Shown here piece after piece: positions 10,541 through 20,711 of a stretch of DNA of 64,000 nt (within the stretch, counting starts at the first letter, position 1; every line of letters begins with the position of its first letter). Source of the stretch: Gemmatimonadales bacterium (GTDB taxonomy: Bacteria > Gemmatimonadota > Gemmatimonadetes > Gemmatimonadales > GWC2-71-9); contig DATMDQ010000151.1 in the NCBI GenBank assembly GCA_035557715.1, positions 2,464-66,463 of the forward strand, in the 5' to 3' direction. The notes beneath the pieces were generated by a model. It was given only the letters and a program-made list of their open reading frames with translations, was not told where the DNA came from and did no database searches. Made by a program: the position numbers and the translations under genes.

Positions 10541-12159
10541 TTTCGCTCATCATGCTGCTGGTGGGTGTTGCAGCCACGGAGGCGCCGGCCCCGAAGCCAA
10601 AGCTCGTGCTCACCATCATGATTGACCAATTCCGGCCGGATTACCTGCAACGATTCCGGCCCTACTTCGGCCGCGGTGGCTTCAACCTGTTTCTCGACCG
10701 GGGGGCCAACTTTGCCGGGGCACGCTACGAGCATGGAGTGACGTCGACCTGCCCCGGCCACGCTGTCGTGTTGACCGGCAGTTATGGCAACGTGAATGGC
10801 ATCGTCAACAACGATTGGTACGATGCGGCTGCGGGCCGTAAGGTGTACTGCGCCGCCGACAGCCTGGTTCAACTGATCGGGGTACAGAAAGAAGGGCGCT
10901 CCCCTCGGAACCTGATCGGCAATACCGTAGGGGACGAGCTCAAGCTCGCTTCTGCCGGACGCAGCCGGGTCATTACCGTGGCCGGAAAAGACCGCTCCGC
11001 CATCATGCTGGGAGGCCACCTGGCCGATGCGGCTTACTGGACGGCGGATACCCTGTTCGTCAGCTCGACGTACTACCTCAAGGACCTGCCGCAGTGGGCT
11101 CGCCGTTTCAATGCCTCAGGCGCCATGGCTTCTTACTCGGGAAAGGTGTGGGAGCGGCTGCTTCCGGTAGCCACGTACGATGCCATGGGCGCGGATGATG
11201 TTGTGGGCGAGGAGAACGTTGGGGCTCGGGGCCGCGTATTTCCGCATCGGCTCGGTGACATGGCGTCCTCGGTCCCGAGTTTCGTCACCAGCCTGGAGTA
11301 CTCCCCATTCCACAACGACATCATTGCCGACTTTGCAATGAAGGCACTGGTGGAAGAAGACCTGGGCCGCGACTCGGGGCCCGACCTGCTGGCCATCAGT
11401 TTCTCGGCGATCGACCGGGTGGGGCACGCCTATGGACCGAACAGCCAGGAAGTGATGGATATCGTCATCCGCACCGATCGGACGCTGGAACGATTGTTCG
11501 CATTTGTAGACAAGCAGGTGGGACTGGCCAACACTTTGATCGTTCTGAGCGCCGACCACGGAGTGGCCCCTCTGCCGGAACTGATGGAAGCCCTCAAGCC
11601 GGGCGCGGGGAAAGGCCACCGGGTGAATCCCGCAGCCATTACGGCCGCCGTCAACGCTCGCCTCGATCAGCGATACGGGAAACTGGCGGCTCCCGGGTGG
11701 GTCCTCTACCACGAGCCGCCCTGGATCTATCTCAACATGCCCGCGGTCGAGCGGCGGAGAATTTCGGTCGAGGCCGCGGAGCGGGAAGCCAGAGTGGCAG
11801 TGGAGAAGGTTACGGGCGTCGAGCAGGCAATAACGGCCACCGAGCTGCGGCTCCTCACTCAGCTACCTGAGTCACCTGCAGCGCTGAGTTTCCACCCGGC
11901 TCGAGCGGGGAACATCTATTACAGCATGAGGCCGTACTGGCTGGTCGAGGCCCACGAGACAGGCGCTTCCCACGGCTCTCCCTGGTCCTACGATGCTCGG
12001 GTACCGCTACTCTGGTTCGGCGCCGGGATCTTACCGGCCACCTATCCCGGCATGGCTGCGATAGCCGATGTAGCACCGACTCTGGCCTTTCTCCTCGGCA
12101 TCAGCCAGCCGGGCGGGTCGAGGGGACGGGTGCTGAGCGAGATGCTCAGCCAGAAGTAG
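10537..12159 (+). CDS. Alkaline phosphatase superfamily protein (PafA/NPP-like), exported
   Basis: Signal peptide; IMIDQFRPDYL, TSTCPGH (Thr nucleophile), KDRSAI, DRVGHAYGP, SADHG, HGSPWSYD. Confidence 0.85.
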   Translation: MISLIMLLVGVAATEAPAPKPKLVLTIMIDQFRPDYLQRFRPYFGRGGFNLFLDRGANFAGARYEHGVTSTCPGHAVVLTGSYGNVNGIVNNDWYDAAAGRKVYCAADSLVQLIGVQKEGRSPRNLIGNTVGDELKLASAGRSRVITVAGKDRSAIMLGGHLADAAYWTADTLFVSSTYYLKDLPQWARRFNASGAMASYSGKVWERLLPVATYDAMGADDVVGEENVGARGRVFPHRLGDMASSVPSFVTSLEYSPFHNDIIADFAMKALVEEDLGRDSGPDLLAISFSAIDRVGHAYGPNSQEVMDIVIRTDRTLERLFAFVDKQVGLANTLIVLSADHGVAPLPELMEALKPGAGKGHRVNPAAITAAVNARLDQRYGKLAAPGWVLYHEPPWIYLNMPAVERRRISVEAAEREARVAVEKVTGVEQAITATELRLLTQLPESPAALSFHPARAGNIYYSMRPYWLVEAHETGASHGSPWSYDARVPLLWFGAGILPATYPGMAAIADVAPTLAFLLGISQPGGSRGRVLSEMLSQK

Positions 12160-13345
12160 CCTCGACGACAACCGCGATTCCCTGACCCACTCCGATACAC
12201 ATAGTCGCAAGGCCGTACCGTCCGCCGGTGCGCCGGAGTGCGTAAACCAGTGTGGTCAGGATCCGCGCCCCGCTGGAGCCCAGCGGATGTCCCAGGGCAA
12301 TGCCACCGCCGTAGATATTCACCCGGGCGGGATCGAGCCGGAGTTCCTGAATGCAGGCCATGGCTTGGGCGGCAAAGGCCTCGTTCAGCTCCACCAGATC
12401 CAGTTGTCCCACACTGATCCCGGCGCGCTCAAGGGCCTTTCGCGAAGCGGGAATCGGACCGAGCCCCATGCAGCTCGGATCGACTCCGGCTACGGCGGTA
12501 GCAACGATCCGCGCCATGGGCTTGAGCCCGAGCTCCCGGAGCATCGCTCCGCTCACCAGCGCCAAGGCCGCGGCTCCGTCGTTGATACCACTGGAGGTTG
12601 CCGCGGTCACCGTGCCATTTGGCACGAAGGCCGGCTCGAGACGGGCGAGGGCTTCCGGGGTGAGGCCGGCTCTCGGTGCCTCGTCCGTGGCGACGGTGCG
12701 TGCGCCTTCGGCTCCTGGAACGTCCAGGGGAACGATCTCATCCTTGAACGCGCCACCGGCAACAGCAGCCAACGCGCGGCGCTGACTCTCGAGGGCGAAC
12801 TCCTCCTGTGCTCTCCGTCCGATTCCGTGGAGCCGGGCGACTTTCTCGGCTGTCTCACCAAGCGATATGGTCCACTCGGCCGGCATCCGGGGATTGACGA
12901 AGCGCCAGCCGACGGTGCTGTCAGCCACGCTGGGCGGCGAGCGATCCCAGGCCCGCGGACTCTTGAGCATTACCATGGGCGCCCGCGTCATGCTCTCCAC
13001 TCCACCGGCCAGCAGGAGGTCTCCCTCGCCCGCACGAATCGCGTGGGTGGCCGCGACTACCGCCTGCAGCCCCGACCCGCAGAGACGGTTCACCGTCTGT
13101 CCTGGTATTTCCACCGGCAACCCCGCGAGCAGTGCCGCCATCCGGGCAACGTTCCGGTTGTCTTCGCCGGCCTGGTTGGCGCACCCGAGGATCACGTCGT
13201 CAACCCGCTCCGGCGGAATGCCGCCGCGCCGGATCAGCGCGCGAATGGCGGCCGCGGCCAGATCGTCGGGACGCACCCCCGCCAACATTCCGCCGGCGCG
13301 CCCGATTGGCGTACGCACCGCAGCCGTGATGAAAGCGTCGCTCAC
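12146..13345 (-). CDS. Acetyl-CoA C-acyltransferase (thiolase, PcaF/PaaJ-like)
   Basis: RTPIGR, NRLCGSG (active Cys), NEAFA, GHPLGSSG, CIGVGQG. Confidence 0.92.
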   Translation of the reverse strand: MSDAFITAAVRTPIGRAGGMLAGVRPDDLAAAAIRALIRRGGIPPERVDDVILGCANQAGEDNRNVARMAALLAGLPVEIPGQTVNRLCGSGLQAVVAATHAIRAGEGDLLLAGGVESMTRAPMVMLKSPRAWDRSPPSVADSTVGWRFVNPRMPAEWTISLGETAEKVARLHGIGRRAQEEFALESQRRALAAVAGGAFKDEIVPLDVPGAEGARTVATDEAPRAGLTPEALARLEPAFVPNGTVTAATSSGINDGAAALALVSGAMLRELGLKPMARIVATAVAGVDPSCMGLGPIPASRKALERAGISVGQLDLVELNEAFAAQAMACIQELRLDPARVNIYGGGIALGHPLGSSGARILTTLVYALRRTGGRYGLATMCIGVGQGIAVVVEATSG

Positions 13346-13360
13346 CGGTGCAGCCTCACG

Positions 13361-13389
13361 TTGACCTCCCCCTACGAGATGGCTAAGTT
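13361..13389 (+). promoter_or_regulatory. sigma70-type promoter for tRNA-Ser
   Basis: TTGACC (13361-66), 17-nt spacer, TAAGTT (13384-89), about 20 nt upstream of the tRNA. Confidence 0.6.
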
Positions 13390-13408
13390 GCTGCCCGGCA
13401 ACGAGTCA

Positions 13409-13495
13409 GGACAGGTGGCCGAGCGGTTGAAGGCACCACCCTGGAAAGGTGGCATACCTGCAAGGGTATCGAGGGTTCGAATCCCTCCCTGTCCG
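13409..13495 (+). tRNA. tRNA-Ser (anticodon GGA)
   Basis: Acceptor GGACAGG/CCTGTCC; D-arm TGGCCGAGCGGTTGAAGGC; anticodon arm CCACC-CTGGAAA-GGTGG; long variable arm; GGTTCGAATCC T-arm; CCA not encoded. Confidence 0.95.
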
Positions 13496-13501
13496 TTAAT
13501 A

Positions 13502-13570
13502 AGCTATTAGTCTTTGGCTGTTCGCTGTTAGCCAATGGCTCATAGCTCATACCTAATAGCTAATAGCTAA
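13502..13570. repeat. Heptamer-array inverted repeat downstream of the tRNA
   Basis: Five 7-mers TGGCTCA/TAGCTCA/TACCTAA/TAGCTAA/TAGCTAA (13536-70); AGCTATTAG (13502-10) is complementary to CTAATAGCT. Confidence 0.7.
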
Positions 13571-13589
13571 TTGTATTATGTTGTCAGCT

Positions 13590-13946
13590 ATGATCGCCCT
13601 CATCCGCCGCAGCCGAGCCATGGCGCTGGCACTGTTGCTCCTCGCCCCCGGGGTCAGCGGGAGCGCGGTGCAATGGTTGCACGCCTGTCCGGTAAAGGCG
13701 GCGGCGGTCGCCGATCATCAGCACCACGGCCAGGCCCCGGCAGACCCGGGTCACTCCCAGAACTGCCAGTGCATTGGCTCCTGTAATACCGCGGCCACCG
13801 CGTCGCCCGCCAAAGCGGTCACCGTCGCCGCGGCCGTTGTTCAACTTGCTCGCCAGGTCGTCTCGCCGTCGGGTGTCAGCTTCGTCCCGGTCGGCACCCC
13901 GTCCGATCTCCTTCCGCCGGCAACCGCTCCACCCCTCCTGTCCTGA
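13590..13946 (+). CDS. DUF2946-like Cys/His-rich small protein upstream of a TonB receptor
   Basis: N-terminal hydrophobic helix, HACP, HQHH, CQCIGSC, C-terminal LLPPATAPP. Alternative ATG at 13578. Confidence 0.65.
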   Translation: MIALIRRSRAMALALLLLAPGVSGSAVQWLHACPVKAAAVADHQHHGQAPADPGHSQNCQCIGSCNTAATASPAKAVTVAAAVVQLARQVVSPSGVSFVPVGTPSDLLPPATAPPLLS

Positions 13947-14029
13947 GTAGTCGGAACCAGTGACCGTGCGGATCCGGGCTTCTCGTCCGGAACGCCGCCG
14001 TTACCTGAACCGAAAACCACAGGACTTAC

Positions 14030-16357
14030 ATGAAGCCTTTCATGGTGCGACGCGTGCTCGGAACCGCTGTCGCCCTTCTGATGCCACCCTTGGCCCTCAC
14101 GCCACTGGCGGCGCAGCAGCAAGCCGGCACCATCGTCGGTGTCGTGCGCTCGGCCACCAACGATTCCGTGCTTCCCAGGGCGCTCGTCTCGATCGAGGGT
14201 CGCCCCGTGAACATCCAGGCCGACGCCGAGGGACGCTTCCGCATCGAGGACGTGCCGGCCGGCAAGGCCCGGATCAGCGCGCGGCTGCTCGGGTACGCGC
14301 CCACCAAGGAGACAGTCGTTGTTCCTGCAGGAGGGGCGCGCGTGGTGGAGCTCAGACTTCAGCCGGCGGCCGTGCAGCTGGCCGAGCTCACCGTCATCGG
14401 CACCAATGCCGATCTGGAAGAGCGCCGCGCCCGCCTGGCCCAGATCCCGGGTTCGGTGGCGCTGATCGAGTCGGCCGAGATCCGCCGGACCCGGCAGGCG
14501 AATTTCAAGGATGTGCTGGGCTTTACTCCGGGCGTGTACGTGCAACCCAGATTCGGTGCGGCAGACGAGAGCCAGATCTCCATTCGGGGCTCGGGACTGC
14601 GCAACAACTTCCACGCCCGGGGGATCAACATCCTGGTGAACGGGATGCCGTATCGAAACACCGATGGCTTCACCGACTTCGAGTCGCTCGAGCTGGCCAA
14701 TACTGAGTCGATCGAGGTGTACAAGGGCGGCAACGCGCTGCGGTACGGGGGGTCGACTCTCGGTGGGGCGATCAACCTGGAGACCAAGACCGGCTATACC
14801 GCGGCGCCGCTCGAGGTGTTGGCGGAGGGTGGCAGCTACGGGCTCCTGAAGACCCAGATTGCGTCGGGAGCGACCCTGGGGAAGCTGGATTACTACGGGA
14901 GCTTCACCCGGACCAGCCTCGACGGCTACCGGGACTACGCGGTGCAGGGACGTGACCGAGTGAATGGCCATCTCGGGTACGTCCTCTCGGAGAATACCGA
15001 CATCCGGGCGTTCTACTTCTTTGCGCGGGTCGATGAGCAGCTACCCGGGGCGCTGACAGCGTCCGAGCTGGCCAGCACCCCCACCGCCGCCGATCCAGAG
15101 AACCAGGCCGATCGCTGGGGGCGGAACTACGATCTCCATCACCTGGGGCTTCAGCTTCGGGCCCAGCTGGGCACCGGCCAACGGCTGGAAATCAGCCCCT
15201 ACTTGCAGTATCGGGATATCGATCACCCCATCTTCCGGGTGATCAATCAGCAGAGCGGGGATTATGGTGCCGAGGCCCGCTACGAGAATTCGCTGCCGCT
15301 TTTCGGACGAACCAACCGTTTCACGGTTGGACTCCAGCCTTCCTGGCTCAACATGGACCACCGGCAGTTCGTCAATGAGGCCGGTGAGCACGGCGACCTG
15401 CAAAAGGATCAGAAGGACGAGGCCGTTGGGTTGGCACTCTACGCCGAGAATGCACTCGCGCTGACTTCCAAGCTCACCGCCGTTGCCGGGTTCCGGCTCG
15501 ACCATGCCATCCGGAAATCACAGGACCATTTCCTCTCCGACGGCGACCAATCCGATCACCGCGAGTTCAACCCCCTCCTCCCCAAAGTCGGGATGTTGTA
15601 CGCCGTTCCGAAGCTCCAGGGCCAGGTGTACGCCAACGTGAGCCGATCGTTCGAGCCGCCTCTGCTGCTCGAGCTCAATAGCCAAACCGTACCCGGGTTC
15701 ATCGACCTGGCCGGCCAGGATGCCTGGCAGTTCGAGCTGGGGTTCCGAGGACGCTCCGGCGCGATCGGATGGGACGTGGCGGCGTACGATGTCGAGCTGG
15801 AGAACGAGATCCTCAACATCAACGTGCAGCCCTTCACCGGTGCCACGTTTACCGTCCCGACCTACCGCAACGCTCCTCGCACCCGCCACTACGGGTTGGA
15901 GACCGGTCTGGAATACAACCTTCAGGGCGGCCTCTTCCGCCGGGGTGCAAAGCGGGATGAGACCCGCGTGCGGCTGGCATACACCTTTGCCCAGTACCGT
16001 TTTCTGGACGATCCTGACTTCGAGGGGAACGACATCCCCGGCGCGCCGGAACATCACCTCCAGGCCGAGGTGCAGTACCGGCATCCGTCAGGTTTCTCGC
16101 TGGCGCCGAAAGTGGAATGGGTGGCAAGCTCCTACTTCATTAACAGCGCGAATACCGCCTCGAACCAAGGGTGGGCCACATTCGGCCTTCGCGCGGAGTA
16201 TGACATCGACCGGCTGGGTCTCATCGCCTTTGCCGCGGGTGAGAACCTAACCGATACGCGATACAGTGCGTCCGTCCAGGTCGATAATGCGGTCGGTCGC
16301 TCGTTCGAGCCGGCCGATGGCCGGGCGGTCTATTTGGGTCTGAGGTGGAGCCGATGA
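14030..16357 (+). CDS. TonB-dependent receptor with N-terminal carboxypeptidase-regulatory-like domain
   Basis: Signal peptide ...LAA-Q; plug motifs ISIRGSG, ILVNGMP, IEVYKG, GGAINL; C-terminal ENLTD...GRAVYLGLRW. Confidence 0.9.
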   Translation: MKPFMVRRVLGTAVALLMPPLALTPLAAQQQAGTIVGVVRSATNDSVLPRALVSIEGRPVNIQADAEGRFRIEDVPAGKARISARLLGYAPTKETVVVPAGGARVVELRLQPAAVQLAELTVIGTNADLEERRARLAQIPGSVALIESAEIRRTRQANFKDVLGFTPGVYVQPRFGAADESQISIRGSGLRNNFHARGINILVNGMPYRNTDGFTDFESLELANTESIEVYKGGNALRYGGSTLGGAINLETKTGYTAAPLEVLAEGGSYGLLKTQIASGATLGKLDYYGSFTRTSLDGYRDYAVQGRDRVNGHLGYVLSENTDIRAFYFFARVDEQLPGALTASELASTPTAADPENQADRWGRNYDLHHLGLQLRAQLGTGQRLEISPYLQYRDIDHPIFRVINQQSGDYGAEARYENSLPLFGRTNRFTVGLQPSWLNMDHRQFVNEAGEHGDLQKDQKDEAVGLALYAENALALTSKLTAVAGFRLDHAIRKSQDHFLSDGDQSDHREFNPLLPKVGMLYAVPKLQGQVYANVSRSFEPPLLLELNSQTVPGFIDLAGQDAWQFELGFRGRSGAIGWDVAAYDVELENEILNINVQPFTGATFTVPTYRNAPRTRHYGLETGLEYNLQGGLFRRGAKRDETRVRLAYTFAQYRFLDDPDFEGNDIPGAPEHHLQAEVQYRHPSGFSLAPKVEWVASSYFINSANTASNQGWATFGLRAEYDIDRLGLIAFAAGENLTDTRYSASVQVDNAVGRSFEPADGRAVYLGLRWSR

Positions 16358-17646
16358 TGCACTTCGCGAAGAACTTCCGACTCCTGACCCTGTTGGGCCT
16401 AGCCGGGTGGGGGTGCGGTAACGGCTCCGGCATTCGGGTCTCAGCGCTGGAAGCCCCGTCCGCCGGCAAGTCTCAATCGGCGGATCCCGCGCTCGCTGTC
16501 ATGCCCGGATCCGGCGATCTGATGCTGGGCTGGATCGAAGGCGATGGGAAGGCCTGGGAGCTGTACACCGCGAGATCCACTGACGGGGGCGGGAAGTGGT
16601 CGTCTCCCGTCCGCGTTGCAGGTGGAGCCGAGGCTCCGGAGGAGGTGCACCCTCACGGAGAATCCTCACCGCGGCTGGTAGTCGCGCCGGGAGAACGCGT
16701 GGCACTCGTCTGGCCTAACAACGTCGCGGTCCCGGGCCGCAAATGGCCGGCGGCAATGCTCCGCTTTGCCCGGTCCGGCGACGGCGGCTTGCACTGGTCC
16801 AACCCGATCACCCTCAACGACGATACCACCGGCGCCCTGGTGAGCCATCAGTTCCATGGGGCCGCGTGGTCCGGCGACTCGGGTCTCACCGTGGCGTGGC
16901 TGGACGAGCGCGGGGTGGCAGCGCCACTAGCATCGGGGTCCGACGGTCACGCGGAGCACGCCGCGGAGCCTGACGCGAGTATCTACTTGGCCACCTCGTC
17001 TGATTTCGGCCGCTCCTGGGGTCCCAACCGGCAGGCGTGGACCGCTGCCTGCCCGTGTTGCCGGGTCTCCCTCGCGCGGGGCAGGGATGGCCAGGCGCTG
17101 GCGGCTTGGCGGCAGCACTTCCCAGGGAACGTCCGTGACGTCGTGACCGCAGTGGCCAGCGATCGTTCTTCGGAGCCCAAGCGCGTCCATCCCGACGATT
17201 GGGCCTACGCTGGTTGCCCACACACCGGGCCCGCCATTGACACCGGAAGCGATGGAACGGCGCACGTCGTCTGGTATACCGGAAAGGAAGGTAGACTCGG
17301 GGTGTATTACGCCCGCCAGACGCCGGATGGTTCGGGGCCGGCGGTGGACCTCGTGACCGGCCGCGGGCTCGGAGTGGCGCATCCGGCCGTGGTGGCGTTA
17401 CCGGATGGCGGCGCCCTGGCGGCCTACGATGTCGCGGCCGACGGGAAGCGGCAGATCAGTCTGGCTCGCTTGCTGCCGAGCGGCAGGGTCGGGGGACGTC
17501 TCGTGGTCGAGGGCTCAGAGAATGGCAAGTATCCGCAGCTCGCGGTCTTGAACGACAGCGTAGCCGTCGTCGCCTGGACTGCCTCCTCCGGAGATTCGCA
17601 GAGGATCCGTGTCGCCCGACTGGAAGTCAGGTCGGTGAGGCGGTAG
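16354..17646 (+). CDS. BNR-repeat (sialidase-like) beta-propeller lipoprotein with Cys/His motifs
   Basis: ATGA overlap with the receptor; lipobox-like AGWGC; Asp-box repeats STDGGGKW, SGDGGLHW, SSDFGRSW; CPCCR and GCPHTGP. Confidence 0.75.
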   Translation: MMHFAKNFRLLTLLGLAGWGCGNGSGIRVSALEAPSAGKSQSADPALAVMPGSGDLMLGWIEGDGKAWELYTARSTDGGGKWSSPVRVAGGAEAPEEVHPHGESSPRLVVAPGERVALVWPNNVAVPGRKWPAAMLRFARSGDGGLHWSNPITLNDDTTGALVSHQFHGAAWSGDSGLTVAWLDERGVAAPLASGSDGHAEHAAEPDASIYLATSSDFGRSWGPNRQAWTAACPCCRVSLARGRDGQALAAWRQHFPGNVRDVVTAVASDRSSEPKRVHPDDWAYAGCPHTGPAIDTGSDGTAHVVWYTGKEGRLGVYYARQTPDGSGPAVDLVTGRGLGVAHPAVVALPDGGALAAYDVAADGKRQISLARLLPSGRVGGRLVVEGSENGKYPQLAVLNDSVAVVAWTASSGDSQRIRVARLEVRSVRR

Positions 17647-17772
17647 GACAGCGTGCGGACGGTGATGAGGCGGACGATAGAGCGGCGCGCGATAATGCGG
17701 CGGTCGGTACGGAGAAGGTCGGTATCAAGCCCGCCCTTCCGCTGTCCCACCTACCGCCCTCTCGTCGCTCCC
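17633..17772. repeat. Degenerate inverted repeat between the BNR gene and pyrR
   Basis: GGCGGTAGGACAGCG ... GACGATAGAGCGGCG on the left mirrors CGCTGTCCCACCTACCGCC ... CTCTCGTCGC on the right. Confidence 0.55.
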
Positions 17773-17789
17773 ACTAGCTTCCCGCCTCA

Positions 17790-18326
17790 ATGCCATCCCG
17801 TACGCCCCTTCTCGACGACCGCGCTTTCGGCCGCACGCTGGCGCGCATGGCGAGTGAGGTCGTCGAACGAAGCGGAGGCACCGAGGAGCTCGTCCTCGTC
17901 GGGATCCAGCGCCGCGGCGTCGAGCTGGCCGACCGGCTGAAGCGCCTCATCGATGCCTCCGAAGGCTCCAACCTCCCCTGCGGCAAGCTCGACATCACTC
18001 TCTATAGAGACGATCTCCAGACCATCGGCCCCCGGCCGATCGTGGGCGAGACCAGCCTCCCCGACCTCGACGGCAAGACCGTCGTCATCGTGGATGATGT
18101 CCTCTACACCGGACGGACCGTTCGGGCTGCGCTCGATGAATTCGCCGACTTCGGCCGGCCGCGGCGAGTGCTGCTCTGCGTCCTGATCGACCGGGGCGGT
18201 CGTGAGCTCCCGATCCAGGCCGACATCGTGGGGACCAGTGCCAGCGCCGGGCCTGGGGACCGGGTGGATGTCTTCGTGTCCGAGCTCGATGGCCGGGACG
18301 CGGCCGAGCTGGTGAGGGGCAAATGA
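17790..18326 (+). CDS. pyrR: Bifunctional pyrimidine regulator/uracil phosphoribosyltransferase
   Basis: [38 protein letters not shown]. Confidence 0.92.
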   Translation: MPSRTPLLDDRAFGRTLARMASEVVERSGGTEELVLVGIQRRGVELADRLKRLIDASEGSNLPCGKLDITLYRDDLQTIGPRPIVGETSLPDLDGKTVVIVDDVLYTGRTVRAALDEFADFGRPRRVLLCVLIDRGGRELPIQADIVGTSASAGPGDRVDVFVSELDGRDAAELVRGK

Positions 18327-19282
18327 GCGCGCCCAGCCTCGGCAAGGACCTGGTCGGCCTGGAGCCGCTGAGCGCGGAGCAGATCGAGCTCATCCTCGAC
18401 ACGGCCGAGCCGTTCAAGGAGGTCAGCGAGCGGGCGATCAAGAAAGTGCCTGCGCTACGCGGCAAGACGATCGTCAACCTCTTCTTCGAGGCCTCCACCC
18501 GCACCCGCATCTCGTTCGAGTTCGCCGAGAAGCGGCTTTCGGCCGACACCGTCAATGTGGCGGCGGTCGGCTCGTCGGTCAGCAAGGGCGAGACCCTGGT
18601 GGACACCGCCAGGAACCTCGAAGCCATGCGGATCGACATGGTGGTGATCCGGCACGGATCGTCCGGGGCGGCCCAGTTCCTCGGGCAGCGGATCCGCTCG
18701 AACGTGATCAATGCGGGAGACGGCAAGCACGAGCATCCGACCCAGGGACTGCTCGACATGCTCACGCTTCGCGACCGCTTCAAGCGCATCAAGGGCCTGA
18801 AGGTCGCGATCTGCGGCGACATCCTCCACAGCCGTGTGGCTCGCAGCAACATCTGGGGCCTGACCAAGCTGGGCGCGGAAGTGGGAGTCTGTGGACCCGC
18901 GTCGCTGCTGCCACGCAACGTGCAGGAGCTCGGGGTCACCATTCTGCCCCGCATCGAAGACGCCATCCAGTGGGCTGATGCCCTGAACGTGCTCCGGCTC
19001 CAGCTGGAGCGCATGGAGGGAGGCTTCCTCCCCTCGCTGCGGGAGTACAACCGGGTATTCGGTGTCACCTCGGAGCGGCTGGCCCGGGCACCGAAGGATC
19101 TGATCATCCTCCACCCCGGGCCGATGAACCGGGGCGTCGAGATCGACAGCGACGTGGCCGATGGCCCCCACAGCGTCATCCTGCCGCAGGTGACCAACGG
19201 CGTCGCGGTGCGCATGGCGGTGCTGTACCTGCTGGCCGGGGGATCCCCCGACTGGGCCCAGGGCGGGGACGAGAGCCGATGA
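18323..19282 (+). CDS. pyrB: Aspartate carbamoyltransferase catalytic subunit
   Basis: [37 protein letters not shown]. Confidence 0.95.
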   Translation: MSAPSLGKDLVGLEPLSAEQIELILDTAEPFKEVSERAIKKVPALRGKTIVNLFFEASTRTRISFEFAEKRLSADTVNVAAVGSSVSKGETLVDTARNLEAMRIDMVVIRHGSSGAAQFLGQRIRSNVINAGDGKHEHPTQGLLDMLTLRDRFKRIKGLKVAICGDILHSRVARSNIWGLTKLGAEVGVCGPASLLPRNVQELGVTILPRIEDAIQWADALNVLRLQLERMEGGFLPSLREYNRVFGVTSERLARAPKDLIILHPGPMNRGVEIDSDVADGPHSVILPQVTNGVAVRMAVLYLLAGGSPDWAQGGDESR

Positions 19283-20565
19283 AGCCGATCCTGATCCGCG
19301 GCGGGCGGGTCATCGATCCTTCACGGGGCACTGACGGCGTCGCCGATGTCTACCTCGAGGGCGGGAAGGTCGCCGCGGTGGGCCGCGATATCGGGTCGCC
19401 CGACGGCGCCGTGGTACTCGACGCGTCCGGCAAGATCGTCACGCCCGGGCTGATCGACCTCCACGTGCACCTCCGCGAGCCCGGCCAGGAGGAGCTCGAG
19501 ACGGTGGCCACCGGCGCCATGGCGGCCGCTGCCGGAGGATTTACCGCGGTCTGCGCCATGCCCAACACCGATCCGGTGACGGACAATCAGGCGGCCATCG
19601 GCTTCATCGTGAGTCAGGCGCAGCGCGCCGGAAAGGCGCGAGTCTATCCCATCGGCGCCATCTCATTGGGTCAGAAGGGACAGCAGCTCGCCGAGTTCGG
19701 GGAGCTGGTGGGAGCCGGGGCGGTGGCCGTCAGTGACGATGGCAAGCCGGTGGTTTCCAGTCACCTGATGCGCACTGCGCTGGAGTATGCCCGCACCTTC
19801 GGGATCCCGGTCGCCGACCACTGCGAGGACCCCACGCTCGCGGCGGGTGGCGCCATGCACGAGGGGATCGTCTCGACCCGGCTCGGCCTGAAGGGCGTAC
19901 CGAGCGCCGCCGAAGAGATCATGGTCGCCCGCAATATCCTGTTGGCGGAGCTGACCGGCGGACACGTGCACCTGTGTCACATGTCGACCCGGGGATCGGT
20001 GGAGCTGATTCGCCGCGGAAAGGAAAAGAAGATCCGGGTCACCGCCGAGGCGTGCCCGCACCATTTCACGCTGACCCACGAGCGGTGCGAGGGCTACGAC
20101 ACCAACGCGAAGATGAACCCACCCCTGCGGGAGCCGGAGGACCGGGAAGCCATTCGCCAGGCGCTCCGGGATGGCACCATCGACGCCATCTGCACCGACC
20201 ACGCTCCCCATCATTATGATGCCAAGGAGCGGGAGTTCGACAATGCACCCAACGGGATCATCGGCCTGGAGACGGCGCTCGGGCTGGCTATCAGCGAGCT
20301 GGTGGAGTCTGGCCTTATGACTCTCCCCGACCTGGTGAACCGGATGAGCACCATGCCGGCCCGTATTTTCAATCTGCCGGGCGGCACGCTTGCGGCCGGT
20401 GCGCCCGCCGACGTGCTCATCGCCGACCCCAAGTCCAGCTGGGTCGTCAACCCGGCCGAGTTCTTTTCGAAGAGCCGGAACACGCCTTTCGCTGGGCGGC
20501 GGCTCACCGGCCGGTCCGAGGTGACGATCGTCCGGGGACAGGTCGTGTTCCAGCGAGCCCGTTGA
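19279..20565 (+). CDS. pyrC: Dihydroorotase
   Basis: [33 protein letters not shown]. Confidence 0.93.
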   Translation: MKPILIRGGRVIDPSRGTDGVADVYLEGGKVAAVGRDIGSPDGAVVLDASGKIVTPGLIDLHVHLREPGQEELETVATGAMAAAAGGFTAVCAMPNTDPVTDNQAAIGFIVSQAQRAGKARVYPIGAISLGQKGQQLAEFGELVGAGAVAVSDDGKPVVSSHLMRTALEYARTFGIPVADHCEDPTLAAGGAMHEGIVSTRLGLKGVPSAAEEIMVARNILLAELTGGHVHLCHMSTRGSVELIRRGKEKKIRVTAEACPHHFTLTHERCEGYDTNAKMNPPLREPEDREAIRQALRDGTIDAICTDHAPHHYDAKEREFDNAPNGIIGLETALGLAISELVESGLMTLPDLVNRMSTMPARIFNLPGGTLAAGAPADVLIADPKSSWVVNPAEFFSKSRNTPFAGRRLTGRSEVTIVRGQVVFQRAR

Positions 20566-20711
20566 ACCTGCCCCCAGAGGCTGTTGGGAACCCACGACCG
20601 AATTAGATTTGCACTAGAGGATTTATCGACGTTCGCGCGCGCGCTCGGCAGGGTGAATTGGCTCACCCGAGAGCGATCGACGTCTTAGAGCGGATGAGAG
20701 GAACCCTTCCC

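Noticed and set aside
12287-13510. 407-aa plus-strand ORF
   Set aside because: Antisense to the thiolase and runs through the tRNA gene.
13409-17790. tRNA-Ser as integration site of an island carrying the TonB module
   Set aside because: No integrase and no duplicated tRNA 3' end was found downstream.
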